From: Mobula hypostoma
Taxonomy: Eukaryota
Assembly (NCBI RefSeq): GCF_963921235.1
Contig: NC_086118.1
Span: 17,734,001 to 17,798,000, forward strand
Direction: 5' to 3'
DNA: 64,000 bases
Below the pieces are notes generated by a model. That model worked only from the letters and a program-made list of their open reading frames with translations. It was not told the DNA's origin and made no database searches. Position 1 is the stretch's first letter; each line of letters starts with the position of its first letter. This document shows, piece after piece, positions 12,188 to 26,099 of this stretch. Made by a program: the position numbers and the translations under genes.

Positions 12188-15051
12188 AGACCATAAGACA
12201 AAGGAGCAGAAGTCAGCCATTCGGCCCATCGAGTCTGCTCCGCCATTTTATCATGAGCTGATCCATTCTCCCATTTAGTCCCACTCCCTCGCCTTCTCAC
12301 CATAACCTTTGATGCCCTGGCTACTCAGATACCTATCAATCTCTGCCTTAAATACACCCAATGACTTGGCCTCCACTGCTGCCCGTGGCAACAAATTCCA
12401 TAGATTCACCACCGTTTGACTAAAAAAATTTCTTCGCATTTCTGTTCTGAGTGGGCACCCTTCAATCCTGAAGTCATGCCCTCTCGTACTAGACTCCCCC
12501 CTCGTGGGAAACAACTTTGCCTCATCCACTCTGTCCATGCCTTTTGACATTTGAAATCTTTCTATGAGGTCTCCCCTCATTCTTCTAAACTCCAAGGAAT
12601 ACAGTCCAAGAGCGGACAAACGTTCCTCTTATGTTAACCCTCTCATTCCCGGAATCATCTAGTGAATCTTCTCTGTACCCTCTCCAACGTCAGCACATCC
12701 TTTCTTAAATAAAGAGACCAAAACTGCCCACAGTACTCCAAGTGAGGTCTCACCAGCGCCTTATAGAGCCTCAACATCACATCCCTGCTCCTATACTCTA
12801 TTCCTCTAGAAATGAATGCCAACATTGCATTCGCCTTCTTCACTACTGACTCAGCCTGGAGGTTAACCTTAAGGGTATCTTGTACGATGACTCCCAAGTC
12901 CCATTGCATCTCAGAATTTTGAATTCTTTCCCCATTTAAATAATAGTCTGCCATTCATTTCTTCTGCCAAAGTGCATAACCATACACTTTCCAACATTGT
13001 ATTTCATTTGCCACTTCTTTGCCCTTCCTTCCAATCTATCCAAGTCTCTCTGCAGACTCTCCGTTTCCTCGGCACTACCGGCCCCTCCACCTATGTTCGT
13101 ATCGTCAGCAAACTTAGCCACAAAGCCATCTATTCCATAATCCAAATCGTTGATGTACAATGTAAAAAGAAGCGGCCCCAACACGGACCCCTGTGGAACA
13201 CCACTGGTAACCAGCAGCCAACCAGAATAGGATCCCTTTATTCCCAATCTCTGTTTCCTGCCAATCAGCCAACGCTCTATCGACGTACGTTACTTTCCCG
13301 TAATTCCATGGGCTCTTATCTTGTTAAATAGCCTCATGTGTGGCAAAGGCCTTCTGAAAATCCAAATATACTACATCCACTGCATCTCCCTTGTCTAGCC
13401 TATTGGTAATTTCCTCAAAAAATTGTAATAGGTTTGTCAGGCAGGATTTTCCTTTAAGGAATCCATGCTGAGTTCTGCCTATCTTGTCATATGCCTCCAG
13501 GTACTCTGTAACCTCATCCTTGTCAATCGACTCCAACAACTTCCCAATCACCGATGTCAAGCTAACAGGTCTATAATTTCCTTTTTGCTTCCTTGCCCCC
13601 TTCTTAAATAGCGGAGTGACATTTGCAATCTTCCAGTCCTCCAGAACCATGCCAGAATCTATCGACTTTTGAAAGATCATCGCTAATGCCTCCGCAATCT
13701 CCACAGCTACTTCCTTCAGAACATGCGGGTGCATTCCATCTGGTCCGGGAGATTTATCTACCTTCAGACTATTCAGCTTCCTGAGTACTTTCTCTGTCGT
13801 AATTGTGACTGTGCACACTTCTATTCCCTGCCACCCTTGAGTGTCCGGTATACTGCTGATGTCTTCCTCAGTGAAGACTGATGCAAAATACTCATTCAGT
13901 TCCTCTGCCGTCTCCTTATCTCCCATTACAATTTCTCCAGCATTATTTTCTATCGGTCCTATATCTACTCTCACCAGTCTTTTACTCTTTATATACTTGA
14001 AAAAGCTTTTAGTATCCTCTTTGATATTATTTGCTAGGTTCCTTTCATAGTTAATCTTTTCCCTCTTAATGATCTTTTTAGTTTCCTTTTGTAAGGTTTT
14101 AAAAATTTCCCAATCCTCTGTCTTCCCGCAAATTTTTGCTTCCTTGTATGCCCTCTCCTTTGCTCTAACTTCTCTTGTCAACCACGGTTGCATCCTTTTT
14201 CCATTTGAAAATTTCTTCTTTTTTGGAATATACCTGTCTTGCACCTTCCTCACTTCTTGCATAACCTCCAGCCACTGCTGCTGTGCCGTCTTTCCCACCA
14301 GTGTCCCTTTCCAGTCAACTTTGGCCAGTTCCTCTCTCATGCCACCGTAATTTCCTTACTCCACTGAAATACCGATACATCAGATTTCGGCTTCTCTTTT
14401 TCAAATTTCACGGTGAACTCAATCATGTTATGAACACTGTCTCCTAAGGGTCCTTCACCTCAATCTCTCTAATCACCTCCGGTTCATTACACAATACCCA
14501 AACCAGTACAGCCGATCCCCTAGTGGGCTCAACAACAAGCTGTTCTAAAAAGCCATCTCACAGACATTCTACAAATTCCCTCTCTTGAGATCCAGTGCCG
14601 ACCTGATTTTCCCAATCCACTTGCATGTTAAAATCCCCCACAATTATCATAATACTGCCCTTCTGACAAGCCTTTTCTATTTCCTGTAGTAATTTGTAGT
14701 CCACATCCCTGCAGCTGTTTGGAGGCCTATAAATAACTGCCATCAGGGTCCTTTTACCCCTGCGATTTCTTAGCTCAACCCATAAAGATTCTGCACCTTC
14801 CGATCCTATATCACCTCTTTCTAATGATTTAATATCATTTCTTACCAATAAAGCCACGCCTCCCCCTCTGCCTACCTTCCTATCCTTCTGATACACCGTG
14901 TATCCTTGGACATTCAGCTCCCAGAGACATGCATCCTTTAGCCAGGTCTCAGTGATGGCCACAATATCATACCTGCCAATCTGTAGCTGTACAACAAGAT
15001 CATCCACTTTATTCCTTATGCTGCATGCATTTTAGGCATTTAAGGCATTTA
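12188..15051 (-). mobile_element. 5'-truncated CR1-clade LINE (APE + RT)
   Basis: ITETWL, GDFN, KSPGPDG, YLDFQKAF, GVPQGSVLGP, FADD; 7-bp TSD AGATTTT at 12181-12187 and 15052-15058. Confidence 0.92.
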
Positions 15052-15500
15052 AGATTTTGAAGCATAATTACATTAAACAGTGATCTGAAGTCGATGAACA
15101 ACATCCTGGCTTATGAGGCACCATTTTCCAGATGGGTCAGGACGAAGTGGAGTGCAGAGGTTAGGGCATCATCAGTGGGCTGAGTTGTGAGATAAACAAA
15201 CCGGAAGGGGCCTAATGAAGTTAATGCGATCCATAAACAGCCATTTAAAGCACTTTGTTATGGAGGTCATTGCCAGTGGACGGTAGACATTAAGGCAGGT
15301 TACTGTCTCCCTCTTGGGCACCAGGATAGTAGTGGATGCCTTGAAGTCTGCGGGGACAGTGGACTTCTCTGAAGAGATGTTGAAGATGTCTGTTAGAACC
15401 TCTGTTAACTGGACTGTGCAGTCGCTCAGCATCTGCCCCGGTATGTTATCGGGCCCTACGGCTTTATGTGGGTTGACCCTGGCAGGGGTCTTCCTCACAT

Positions 15501-16386
15501 TACAGAACAGTACAGCACAGGAACAGACCAGCTAAAGAGCAAACCAAAAACACTAATCCCTCCTACCTACACAATGTCATTATTCCTCCATCCTCCTCAC
15601 ATTCATGTGCCTATCTAAATGTCTCTTAAAAGACTCTAATGTATTTGCCACTATCACTGCACCAGGCATCCACCACTCTCTGAGTCAAAAAACATAATCC
15701 TCACATCCCCTTTGAACCTACCCCCCTCACCTTCGATGCATACCCTCTGGTATGAGACATTTATACCTTGGGAAACAGATACTCCCTGTCTACTTTATCT
15801 ATGCCTTTCATAATCTTATAAACCTCTATCAGATCTCCCCCAGCCTCCTTCGCTCCAGAGAAAGCAACCCAGGTTTATCCAGCCTCTCATGATAGCACAT
15901 GCCCTCTAAACCAGACAACGTCCTGGTAAACCTCTTCTGCACCCCCTCTAAAGCCTCAACTTTCTTCCTATGGTGGGGCAACCAGTAATGTATGCGATAG
16001 TCCAGATGTGACCTAATCAGAGTTCTATGAAGTTCCAACATAACCTCTTGACTTTTGAACTCAATGCCTCGATTAATAAAAACAAGAATTCTGTAAACCT
16101 CCTTAACCACCTTATTGACCTGTGTAGCCAATTTTAATGATCAATGAACTTGGATCCCAAGATCTCTCTGCTCAGCAACACTGTTAAGGATCTTGCCCTT
16201 AACAGTGTACTGTCTCCTTGCATTTGCCTATGAAGGTGCAGCACTTCATATTTATCTGGGCTAAATTCCCTCTGCCATTTCTCTGTCCATATCGGCAACC
16301 GGCATGTATCGTGCTGTATTCTTTGCCAGTCTTCCACACTATCCACAACTCCATCAGTCTGGGTATTATCCGCAATCTTACTAATC
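15501..16386 (-). mobile_element. 5'-truncated CR1-clade LINE 3' fragment
   Basis: RGIEFKS, LEGVQKRFTR, LERRRLG remnants; the host Rex reading (LAAAD|VRK) resumes on both sides, with CAT duplicated. Confidence 0.8.
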
Positions 16387-17161
16387 CATCAGCTGCAGCC
16401 AGGCAGTATCCCTGCTCCTCAGGCTCATACCAGTTCAAAGGGAGTCTTTATCGCCGGCCCGTCATTATGTGCATTAAACCATGCTTAAGAGACATTCAAT
16501 CTATCAGGAAGAGATGCATCACTGTTATGGATGTGCAGGGTGGACTTGTAATCTGTTATGGTCCACGTGCACCTTGTGTTTCTGGTGTGACATAAGTGGC
16601 AGTATATTCTCTGTGCATAATCCTGTTTTGCCTTCCTGTTAGCACAGCTCTTGCTGACTTGAGGGCTGTCTTATCCACCAATCTGAAGGCAGCGTCCTGA
16701 ACTCTCAGCCATGCCCGGATCTCTGCTGTCAGCCATGGCTTCTGATTTACCCTTACATAGATTTGTTTCATAACTGTGACATCTTCAATGCAATTCTCTA
16801 CATAGCCAGTCACAGATCTTGCATATTCTTCGATGTTAATTTGATGGTCTTAGGCAGCCCTGAGCATGCCACAAGCTGTGTTTTTAAAGCAGTCCTGCAA
16901 TTCTGAGGTTGCCCTTCTGGCTAGGCTATTAACTCGCTTTGAACTGGTTTGATTCATTTAATCTATGGTCTGTAAGAGATAAGCGGTCAGAGTATCTGAG
17001 GTTGCAGAGCAGCTTCATGTTCACCAGTGATACTGGTATAAACCAGATCTAGTGTGATTTTTGTCTCTGGTAGCAAAGTCAATATACTGATAGAATTTAG
17101 ACAGGACTGATTTAAAGTTAGCATGGTTTAAGTCACCAAAAACAATTTAAAAAAGACAGGG

Positions 17162-18882
17162 CAGCCTTTCTTAATGTATTTGTGCTGGTGGAACCCTTGA
17201 AATAATTTTCAGGTCTCAGGGAACCCATGCGTTAAAGATTTTTATATCTACAGCTCACGGTACATTAACGTGATCAGTGTTGTAGATATAATAATCCAAG
17301 ACAATTGTCAATGCTGTTTTGAGTAGAGAATGAACTTTTAGCCAACCTTTCATGGGGAAAAAACAGGTAGTTAAGCTTAGCATACCTTTCTTGAAATTAA
17401 TCTCTTTGTTTCCGTTTCATAAATTTTAAAAGCTCAATAAAGGCAAACATAATAAATTTCTATTAAATAACTAGCTTAAGCCGAAGTGGTATTTAATTTT
17501 TCTAAAGGTAGGCTTGATAGATTTAATTTAAATAAAGGTTGTAAATTGGTTTTAATTAATGCTATTTACACCATGAAAATTTATTGACAATGTTGAATAG
17601 TAAAGTTACTGAAAACCATAAGCCAAAGCAATATAAATAAAAGTATAGCCTAATATAAAATTTTATACAAGACTTCGAAAAATCATTTTCTTACTAAGTG
17701 ACATCATCAGGCTCAAATATAGGCCTAGCATGTGAAACCTGTGCTTGTTTTTTGCTGCACAAATACTCAATTCAGGGTCGAATTTGAGATAAGCACACAC
17801 AGATTTCACCTTCAATTGACATGAGACTATTTCTATCCTTCCTCTTGATGCTTATTAAACAAGAAAAAACTTGCTCACACATGCAAGAAGTTGAAAACTG
17901 CAAGAAAATGTTCATTGCTTTCCTATGAATGGCAGGATACTCTTCTTTCACAGAAATCCAGAACTTGTCTGGGGCTGGTCAGTAAATCTCTAGTGCATGA
18001 TCAGACTGCAGCTCAAAAAGTTCTATCTTTTCTATCAAAGTTAAATTCTCAGGCTGAGCAGAAGATTCAGAGAAAGGATCCCTCACCCAGTCATACATTT
18101 GTGTTGAAAGAGAGGAAAAATACTGTTCAACTTCGTTCTGCCATTCTTCCAGGTAGTTTTCAATATGACTTGAAACTTTCTGATATCCTTCCTCACTCTA
18201 TACTAGTAGAGTTTGTTCGCTCCCATAATTCAGTCGGTGGCACAGAAGGGTAAGCTGAGGAAGGTAATTTGAGAGGGAGAGGCTGATTTCACAGCCCAAC
18301 TTGGGCAAGTCCATTCAACGCGCAGAAAATATACTTCATGCTCCTCATCAGCCTACTGTTTGGGGCATGTTCAGGGCTATCTATGACTGTCACATTAACA
18401 TTGAATAATATGCAAAATTCCAATTCAACCAAAGCCTTCCATAACTTTAAACAACTCTAAGTTATTCCTCAGATTTCTTGATAAGTAAGGCTCAGGTTTG
18501 TTCAACTTTTACAGATACACGTACTGCTGTATTGTTGGTAAAATCCGTAAAGGCCTCTGTAGCCTCCTTTGTCCTCTTCATAATAAAGTGATAACAACAA
18601 TAGGCAGTCTAATCAAAGTAAAGTTTCACACAGCAATACAGTGCTCATCAATTATCAATGGCCTCCCATATTTCCCGTCAAAAACTGAGAATGGACTCAA
18701 CCAGACACACTGAGTCCAACTGCGCACTGCCATAGTGGGCTGAGAGACCTCTGACGAGATTGCTAATGGAGCTGCTTGGTCACTGCCCAACAAATGCGAG
18801 TGCCAGCATCACGTGAAGTCCAAATACGATGTTTATTTTTTAAAATCATGATCTCTCGTGGAACCCTGGTCGAGAAACCCTG
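17162..18882 (-). mobile_element. hAT (Charlie/Buster-type) DNA transposon, internally deleted
   Basis: End gagaaaccctg and degenerate start cagcctttct; minus-strand transposase C-terminus near 17730-17920 (FSTSCMCEQVFSCLISIKRKDRN...KQAQVSH); TSD not clean. Confidence 0.75.
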
Positions 18883-19812
18883 CACTGGGTGTGTGGCTTT
18901 GAGGTCAGTAATAGTACTGTGGAGCTCAAGCCGCATTTCCCCAACATTAGCATGGTGGGGGTGGGGTGGTGAAGGTGTGTTTTCAGCACAATCTCAGTGG
19001 CAGTGAGCTCCCTTGGTAAGTAGAAGGGCCGTTAGTTCATTATTTAAAAACTCTACCAGAGGTGAACAGTGGGTCGTCACTACTGAAGCATTCAAACACC
19101 TGTTTCTGTGTACACCTCCACCACGGGTCTTGCCGGAGGTTTTGGGAATTCTGGCGACCTAAAAAGAGATGAAACCCTCTAGCTGTACAGCTGCCTCAGG
19201 GGTAGTACCCTGGAGTCACATTAGCAACAGGATGAGCATGCGACAGTCCTGCACCTCATGCTGATTTACTCTCAGACGCAGGTGATCTTGCTGAGTGGCT
19301 GTAACAGAAGACATGATACGTAGATAAGCCCATGCTGCAAAGCTCATCTGCTATCTCACAACGCAATAGTGGGGTGGATTTATAGTACTTAGTGACCTTA
19401 ATATCCAGTGGTGTCTTCCAATCTGAAGAAAGACATACAGGATGGACAATTACACCATTAGGTGGAGCTAGAGTGGCCTATTCGTCAGTCAGCAGAAGTT
19501 GTGCCACATGTTAGCAAGGTCATTGAGCACAAGTAGACAAAGTCTTGCAGTTTGATTTGAGAGAGATAGCCCTGAAAAGTTAAAAAAAAATTAGCTTCAT
19601 TTGTGTCAAATGTTGCTTTGATTAGACTGCATATTGTTGTCATCACTCTATCATGAATAGGACAAAGGAGGCTGCAGAGGAGTTAAAGGGCTTTACCAGT
19701 AAAACAGAAGTACATGGATCTGTAAAAGATGAACAAACCTGGGTCTCACATCAAAAAATCTGAGGAGTGACTTGGAGGCATTTAAAGTTATGGAAGCCTT
19801 GGATTGTTATGG

Positions 19813-20347
19813 AAGTCCTTTAACATCTGCCGGACGATGCTGAGGATGTTCTACGAGTCTGTGGTGGCCAGTGCGATCATGTTTGCTGTTGTGTGCTGGG
19901 GCAGCAGGCTGAGGGTAGCACACACCAACAGAATCAACAAACTCATTCGTAAGGCCAGTGATGTGGGGATGGATCTGGACTCTCTGACGGTGGTGTCTGA
20001 AAAGACGATGCTGTCCAAGTTGCATGCCATCTTGGACAATGTCTCCCATCCGCTACATAATGTACTGGTTGGGCACAGGAGTACATTCAGCCAAAGACTC
20101 ATTCCACCGAGATGCAACACAGAGTGTCATAGGAAGTCATTCCTGCCTGTGGCCATCAAACTTTACAACTCCTCCCTTGGAGGATCAGACACCCTGAGCC
20201 AATAGCCTGGTCCTGGACTTATTTCCTGGCATAATTTACATATTACTATTTAACTATTTATGGTTTTATTACTATTTAATTATTTATGGTGCAACTGTAA
20301 CGAAAACCAATTTCTCCCGGGATCAATAAAGTATGACTATGACTATG
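19813..20347 (+). mobile_element. Young Rex1/Babar-like LINE 3' fragment, (GACTAT)n tail
   Basis: FYESVVASAIMFAVVCWG...SFLPVAIKLYN; aataaa then gactatgactat; highly similar to the copies at 26843 and 51614. Confidence 0.85.
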
Positions 20348-20414
20348 AATTGGGATGTTTCCACTGATAAAAGAACATGACTAGATGCCATACGTATAAA
20401 ACTGAAGAAATCTA

Positions 20415-21016
20415 CGAGGGATGATTGATAAGTTTGTGCCTTAAGGTAGAAGGAGCCAATTTTAGAAAACCTAGCACATTTATTTTTCAACATAGTCCCC
20501 TCCTACTTACTCGAGTGACTGTGGAGCATACGGATTCCTTCTTTGTAGAAGTGGTCCACAGCAGGGGTGTTTGATAAGTTTGTGGCCTAAAGTAGAAGGA
20601 GATGAGTTATTAACTTCAAACTTTCTGCATTATCACTCAAAGAGTTGAACTGCACGTGCATGTAACAAGAGCATCTTGGTGGTCGACAGCAGGGGTGATT
20701 GATAAGTTTGTGGCCTTAGGTAGAAGGAGATGAGTTATAGAGCTCTCGTTACATGCACGTGTAGTTCAACTCTGAGTGAAAGTGCAGAAAGTTTGAAGTT
20801 AATAACTCATTTCCTTCTATTTTAGGCCACGAACGTATCAATCACCCCCGCTGTGGACCACTTCTGGAGGTCCAAGACGCCGACTTCTACAAAGGAGTGA
20901 TCCGTATGCTCCATGACCACTGGACTAAGTGTGTAAATGTTGGAAAAATAAATGTGCTAGGTTTTCTAAAATTGACTCCTTCTACCTTAAGCCACAAACT
21001 TATCAATCACCCCTCA
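20415..21016. mobile_element. Mariner-derived palindromic MITE
   Basis: TA|CGAGGG...CCCTCA|TA; long TIRs; transposase C-terminal codons (QDADFYKGVIRMLHDHWTKCVNVG); internal TIR copies. Confidence 0.88.
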
Positions 21017-21436
21017 TATTAGGGAACTGTGGGAAATTTATTGGTCTAGAGCACACTACCTCAGGGTGTGGCTGAAATGAATGGTGGTATAGATGTATAT
21101 CAGGGCAGATTGGACAAGCACAAGAGGAAATGGGTAACAGAGGGATATAGATGAGGAAAGCTGGGAAATGACTCAAATGGTGTATAAATGCTGTTATGTG
21201 GTGATGGGCTACACAGCTCTTCTGCTATATATCTTGTATATTTTGTGTAAAGTTATTATTAGACACCTGTTTAAACATTTCACCTTTCCAGAGGGCATCG
21301 GATAGTCTACTCCTTTGGCACTTCGCTTGAAAATCTTTTTATATGTGACTCTTCTAACATTAAGCTGGGAGGAATCATGCTTGAAAAACTTATTTGCTGA
21401 TAATCTGGTCACTAGATTTGTCATAAAAGCATACAT

Positions 21437-21650
21437 ATTTTAGAGATACAGCATAATAACAGACCCTTCTAGCCCAGCGAGCCTACACCCCGTGTGACCA
21501 ATTAATCTGCTATCCCATGTCTTTGGAACGTAGAAGGAAATTGGAGAAGTCAAGGAAACTCTTGTGGTCATGGGGAGAATATACAACTCATTACAGACTT
21601 CAGTGGAATTGAACTCAAGTCTCTGGCACTGTAATAGTGTTATGTGCTTT
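21437..21650 (-). mobile_element. V-SINE (HE1-like) remnant
   Basis: Antisense V-domain-like sequence (tctttggaacgtagaaggaaa...ggggagaatatacaactc). Confidence 0.55.
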
Positions 21651-21723
21651 TAAACTGGAGGTATTTCTTTGTATTTCAGTGCATATTTTGTGGTTAATTA
21701 ACAGTGCATGCTTCATTTCACAG

Positions 21724-21884
21724 GTTGAAAACTCTCAAGCTTTTGTCTGGCTCTCTCAGCTTCGGCATCGCTGGGATGATGAAAAGAAACACTGTTTCGC
21801 CAACATTTGTGATGCCCAATTTTTGTATTCCTATGAATATTTGGGCAACACTCCTCGACTGGTAATTACACCACTGACAGACAG
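21724..21884 (+). CDS. DNAH9: DNAH9-like coding exon, start of AAA1
   Basis: tcacag|GTTGAA...GACAG|gtatgc; 161 nt, ends phase 2; [53 protein letters not shown](R). Confidence 0.92.
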
Positions 21885-23494
21885 GTATGCAAACACTTAT
21901 GGAGTATTTCAATTTGATGAAATTTTCTTGTCTTGAATGTTGAACAGTTACATAGCTTACCAAATTTGTAAGTGGCAAATCTAATACATCACCCATGATT
22001 TTCTACATTCTTGATAATAATGCTTCATTTGCCATAGAATGAAGAACATGTGTCCAGGAGTTTGTCAGAATTAGCTGTTAGGCGCTGTGGGTAGACATAA
22101 AAGGGACCTAACCACATTTTAAAATTGGACTGCTCTATCTACAATCTTTGCTGGGCTTGCAGTGTTTGGCAGAGCTACTGTACACTTACATCAAACCTAA
22201 TTGACTGTAAAGAATTAGATTTAAATAAATTCCTCCTTGGGTTTTGAGTTGAAGGGAAGTGAAGTACTTTATCCAGTTCCATAGCCATCCTAAAGACCGT
22301 TTGTGCTTCATCTCCAGCAGATTGTTCTTCCGCACTATTGATCAACCAGTTTCTTCCTTGATCGCACTTCTCTGGAACAGCACCTAAATGTTCCTAAATG
22401 CTAACTCTTCAATACCCCTCTGCCAAAATCAATCAGAGAGAGAATTGGATAATGTCATGACTTGAGCTTTGCATAATACTTTTTGTCGAGCCATGAGGGG
22501 ACTTGCAGCAAGACTTCACAAATTGTCCGTGAAACATAAAGGAGATCAAAGACTCATAAAGAGAGCTCAGACTACTCTGCTTAATTGCTCCCAAATTATT
22601 ACTTCAGCAGCTCAGAAATTGCAGCAGCAACCTTAGTGAAGATTTTGTATTCTTTCTCTTTGAAAGGCAGCAAATCAACTTTGAAGTATTTCAGTGTAGG
22701 TATTTTGCATGCCTTTGAACAGAACCTGAAAGGTTTCTTCATGCATTACTCTCGTTTGAAAACTTGGAACCCTGCAAGTAATAGAACATTTAATTCTTCA
22801 ACTTCCCTATTGGGATACCACAATATAAAACACTTGCTAAAGGAAGATCTGAATATGTACCTCTGCTTAATTGCTACTCAATTATCTTACATTGAAGTGT
22901 AACTTAATTACATCGGTGTGATTATTTTTCTTATAGTTTTAGACACCTTTCTGTACACCTGACATTTTGAGCAATATTCCACAGGAGGTGTTGATTCTAG
23001 TCTCCTTGCCTTATAGCTACTTATTTATCAGGCTAGCAATGAATTAACATAATGTCAACTTGTTAGTTTTGTCTGTGCAGTGGAATAGATTATGACTTCG
23101 ATAACTCAATAAAATGATGCTAAATGTGTTTTGAATCCCATTTAACTGTAGAGTTACCTTGTTCTAAGTTATGATTTATCGCTTCACTGTGTTACACAAC
23201 ATCACTTAAAGCTTATCCCATGTACAAATAGAATTATTTACATACTTGATCTTATTTTGCCTTCAGGCATGCATCCAGTATTTCTGTGTGAGAATTAGGC
23301 ACAGGTTCTATTTTGAATTTGAAATCAGAATGGATTCTTAAAAGTTAAACATTTCCTTTTTCATTTAATATAAAGCTTATGTGACATTTTTTGATTTGGT
23401 GACCTGAAATTTGTAGTCAAAAGCCCATACTGTTCATGGTTGAATAAGTTACTGCCTTACAGGCTGTGCAACAGACTGTACCCTATTTATCCTG

Positions 23495-23712
23495 CCACTG
23501 ACTGTAAGAAGTTTGTACGTTGTCCCTGTGGACCTATAGGTTTCCTCTTGGGTGCTCTGGTTTCCTCCTGTAATCCAAAAGCATACCAGTTGGTAGGTTA
23601 ATGTAAATTGTCCTGTGATGAGGCTAGGATTAAATTGGGGGATTGCTGGATGGTGCAGCTCGAAGGGCCTGAGGGGCCTTTTCTGTGCTGTATCTCAGTA
23701 GATAGATAAATA
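23495..23712 (+). mobile_element. V-SINE remnant
   Basis: gaagtttgtacgttgtccctgtg...gggtgctctggtttcctcc V-domain-like core. Confidence 0.6.
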
Positions 23713-23999
23713 ACACCACTGGTGAAATCAAGAACAATATCTGAAGTGTACCTTCCAATTAATGGTTGTAAGAAAATCATCAAAAACATTTGCAGGGTTT
23801 TTGTTTTTCCTTTATGCAATAGTTGGCACAGATAAACTCAATGCAGAGCAAACGCAGCACAATAACTTTTTGTTTGCCTCAGTACTACATCCAGAAGATA
23901 ATCTCACTGAATGCCGCACTATTATGTCTCAAGCAAGAATTCATGTTTGAAAGGTCGGGTTGACACATGCTGGGAAATATGATAAGTTTTCCTCACCCT

Positions 24000-24445
24000 G
24001 ATATAGAAGAGATGTCAGTAAGCTGGAAGGACTGTAAATAAGGACATTGCTGGGACTCAAGGGATTGAGTTATGAAGGGAGGTTGGGGAATGGAGTGGAT
24101 TTGTGGAGGTTTATAAAAGCATAAGGTGCAGAGATAGAATCTATATGCTGTCTATATCCCAGGGCTGGGGAATTGAGAACTAGAGGGCATAGGTTTAAGG
24201 GTGGGGGGAGAGATTTAATGGAAATCTGAGAGTGATCAGTTTATGGAAAGAGCTGCTGGAGGAAGTGGTTGAGCAGGTGCATTAACAATATTCAAAAGAC
24301 ACTCGGATATACACATGGACTGGTAAGGTTTAGAAGGATACGGGGCAAACCCAGGCAAATTGGGACAGGCTGAGATGGGAATCTTGGTGGGCATGGACCA
24401 TGTGAGCCAAATGACCCAATTTCCATTCTCTAAGACTCTTATGAC
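24000..24445 (+). mobile_element. Decayed CR1 LINE 3' end
   Basis: aactagagggcataggtttaagg and ttcaaaagacactcggata motifs shared with the other CR1 3' ends in the window. Confidence 0.6.
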
Positions 24446-24514
24446 TGTGAAAGAAGAAAAGTTCCATGAAATGTGGACTGTGGCTTGGCATAGCTCAAAA
24501 GGCCATTTATAAAT

Positions 24515-25298
24515 TTTCTGATGATACAACCATTGTTGGCAGAACCTGAGATGGAATCAAGAGGGAGTACAGGAGAGAGATATGCCAGCTTGTTGAGAGG
24601 TATTGCAGCAGCAACATTGCACTCAGAGTCAGCAAGACCAAAGAGCTGATTGTGGACTTCAAAAGTGGAGAGTGTGAGCAATTCCTAGGTGTCATTTCTC
24701 TGAAGATCTAACCTGGTCCCAATGTATTGATGCAGCTATAAAGAAAGCAAGATCGCGGCTGTACTTCATTAGGATTTTGAGGAGATTTGGTTTGTCAACT
24801 AAGACACTTAAAAACTTCAACAGGTGTACCACGGAGAGCATTCTGGCAGGATGCATCCCTGTCTGGTATGGGAGGCTGCTGCACAGGATGGAAAGAGGCT
24901 ACAGAAAGTTGTAAAATTAGTCAGCTCCATCTTGGGTACTAGCCTCCAGAGTATCCAAGACATCTTCAAGGAGTGATGTCTCAGAAATACGGTGTCCGTC
25001 TGTAAGGACCCTATCAGCCAGGTCATGCCCTCTTCTGATTGTTACCATCAAGGAGGAGGTACAAAGCCTAGAGGCACGCGCTCAGTGATTCAGGAACAGT
25101 TTCTTCCCCTCTGTCAATGGATTCCTAAATGGACATTGAACCCATGAACACTACCTCACTTTTATTATTTCTGTTTTTGCACTATATATCTGTAATTGAC
25201 TTAATTTTTTTCTATCTTATTATCTATTGCACTGTACTGCTGTTGTTATGTTAATAAATTTAACTTATGCTGCTGATATTAAATCTGTTTCTGATTAG
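24515..25298 (+). mobile_element. Decayed Rex1/Babar-like LINE 3' fragment
   Basis: FSDDTTIVG, SKTKELIVDF and SGRRY-like remnants; 3' UTR ending attaaatctg. Confidence 0.65.
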
Positions 25299-26099
25299 AA
25301 TGTTTACCTTCCCCAACTGCCATAAATAACAGGAAGTTTGGAACTCCAAGGCAAATATATCACTGGTAACCAGTTTCATGAGATATGAGATGATGATTTC
25401 CATCAAACAAATGCAATACAATTTTGCTTAATTATCACAATCCATTCGCTAAATATAACAACTGTACATAAATAACAGGAATAGATGTTCAGCTAGAACA
25501 TTTATAGTGCAGTCTAGTCATCAGCAGATGGTAGACAATATCTAAACTACTTGATTAGAGCAAATCCAGGGTTTAATGTTACCAGCACGTCATGAAAAAT
25601 TTGTTGACCTATTTGCCTACGCAGAAAGATTTAACTTTGCAAAATTTTTATTTTCTGCATTTGCTTTTTGTTAATGTTACAGAGAATTAGTCAAGCAATT
25701 AAAAAGAAATATACATGAGTAGAATCATTAAGACTTCTTCTTGATCTGAAAATATAATTTGCAGACTCCCAGCTTTGAGCAGGTAAAGTAAGCGGAGAAA
25801 GCTACGGCTGATATAGTGTAATGTGGAGTAATACGAGACTATTCACTTTACGAGTAGAATAGATACACAGGATATTATTTTTAAATAAGATGGCAATGCA
25901 TCTCTGTGTTTTTGGGTAAGGAACACACACAGAAAGCTAATGTGAAGGGTGGCCAAGCAGTTAGGAAGGGAAACAGGAAGTTGGCTTCTTTGCAAGAGAG
26001 AAGAAACACTAATATCAGGAAGTTTTTAGACAACTGTACAAGAGTTCAGTTAAACCACATATGGAGTGCAACAGGTACATCTGATGTCATTATCAGAAT

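Larger units (their letters stand above)
2317..19560 (-). mobile_element. Old Rex1/Babar-like LINE split into five pieces by nested insertions (approx. 2317-3164, 11943-12187, 15059-15500, 16387-17161, 18883-19560)
   Basis: Collinear minus-strand remnants: APE (RPFYLPREL, GDLNHANFK), RT (KAVGPDNIPG, ARMLFIDF, FPDDTTMVGL, EEVQQLVEWC, KTKEVVLDFRK), C-terminal SGRRYHSIRTRT; the reading resumes across each insertion. 5' boundary approximate. Confidence 0.75.

Noticed and set aside
2311..19625. GATTAG (2311-2316 and 19620-19625) as the TSD of the host Rex LINE
   Set aside because: Plausible, but the 5' boundary of the element is too degraded to exclude chance.
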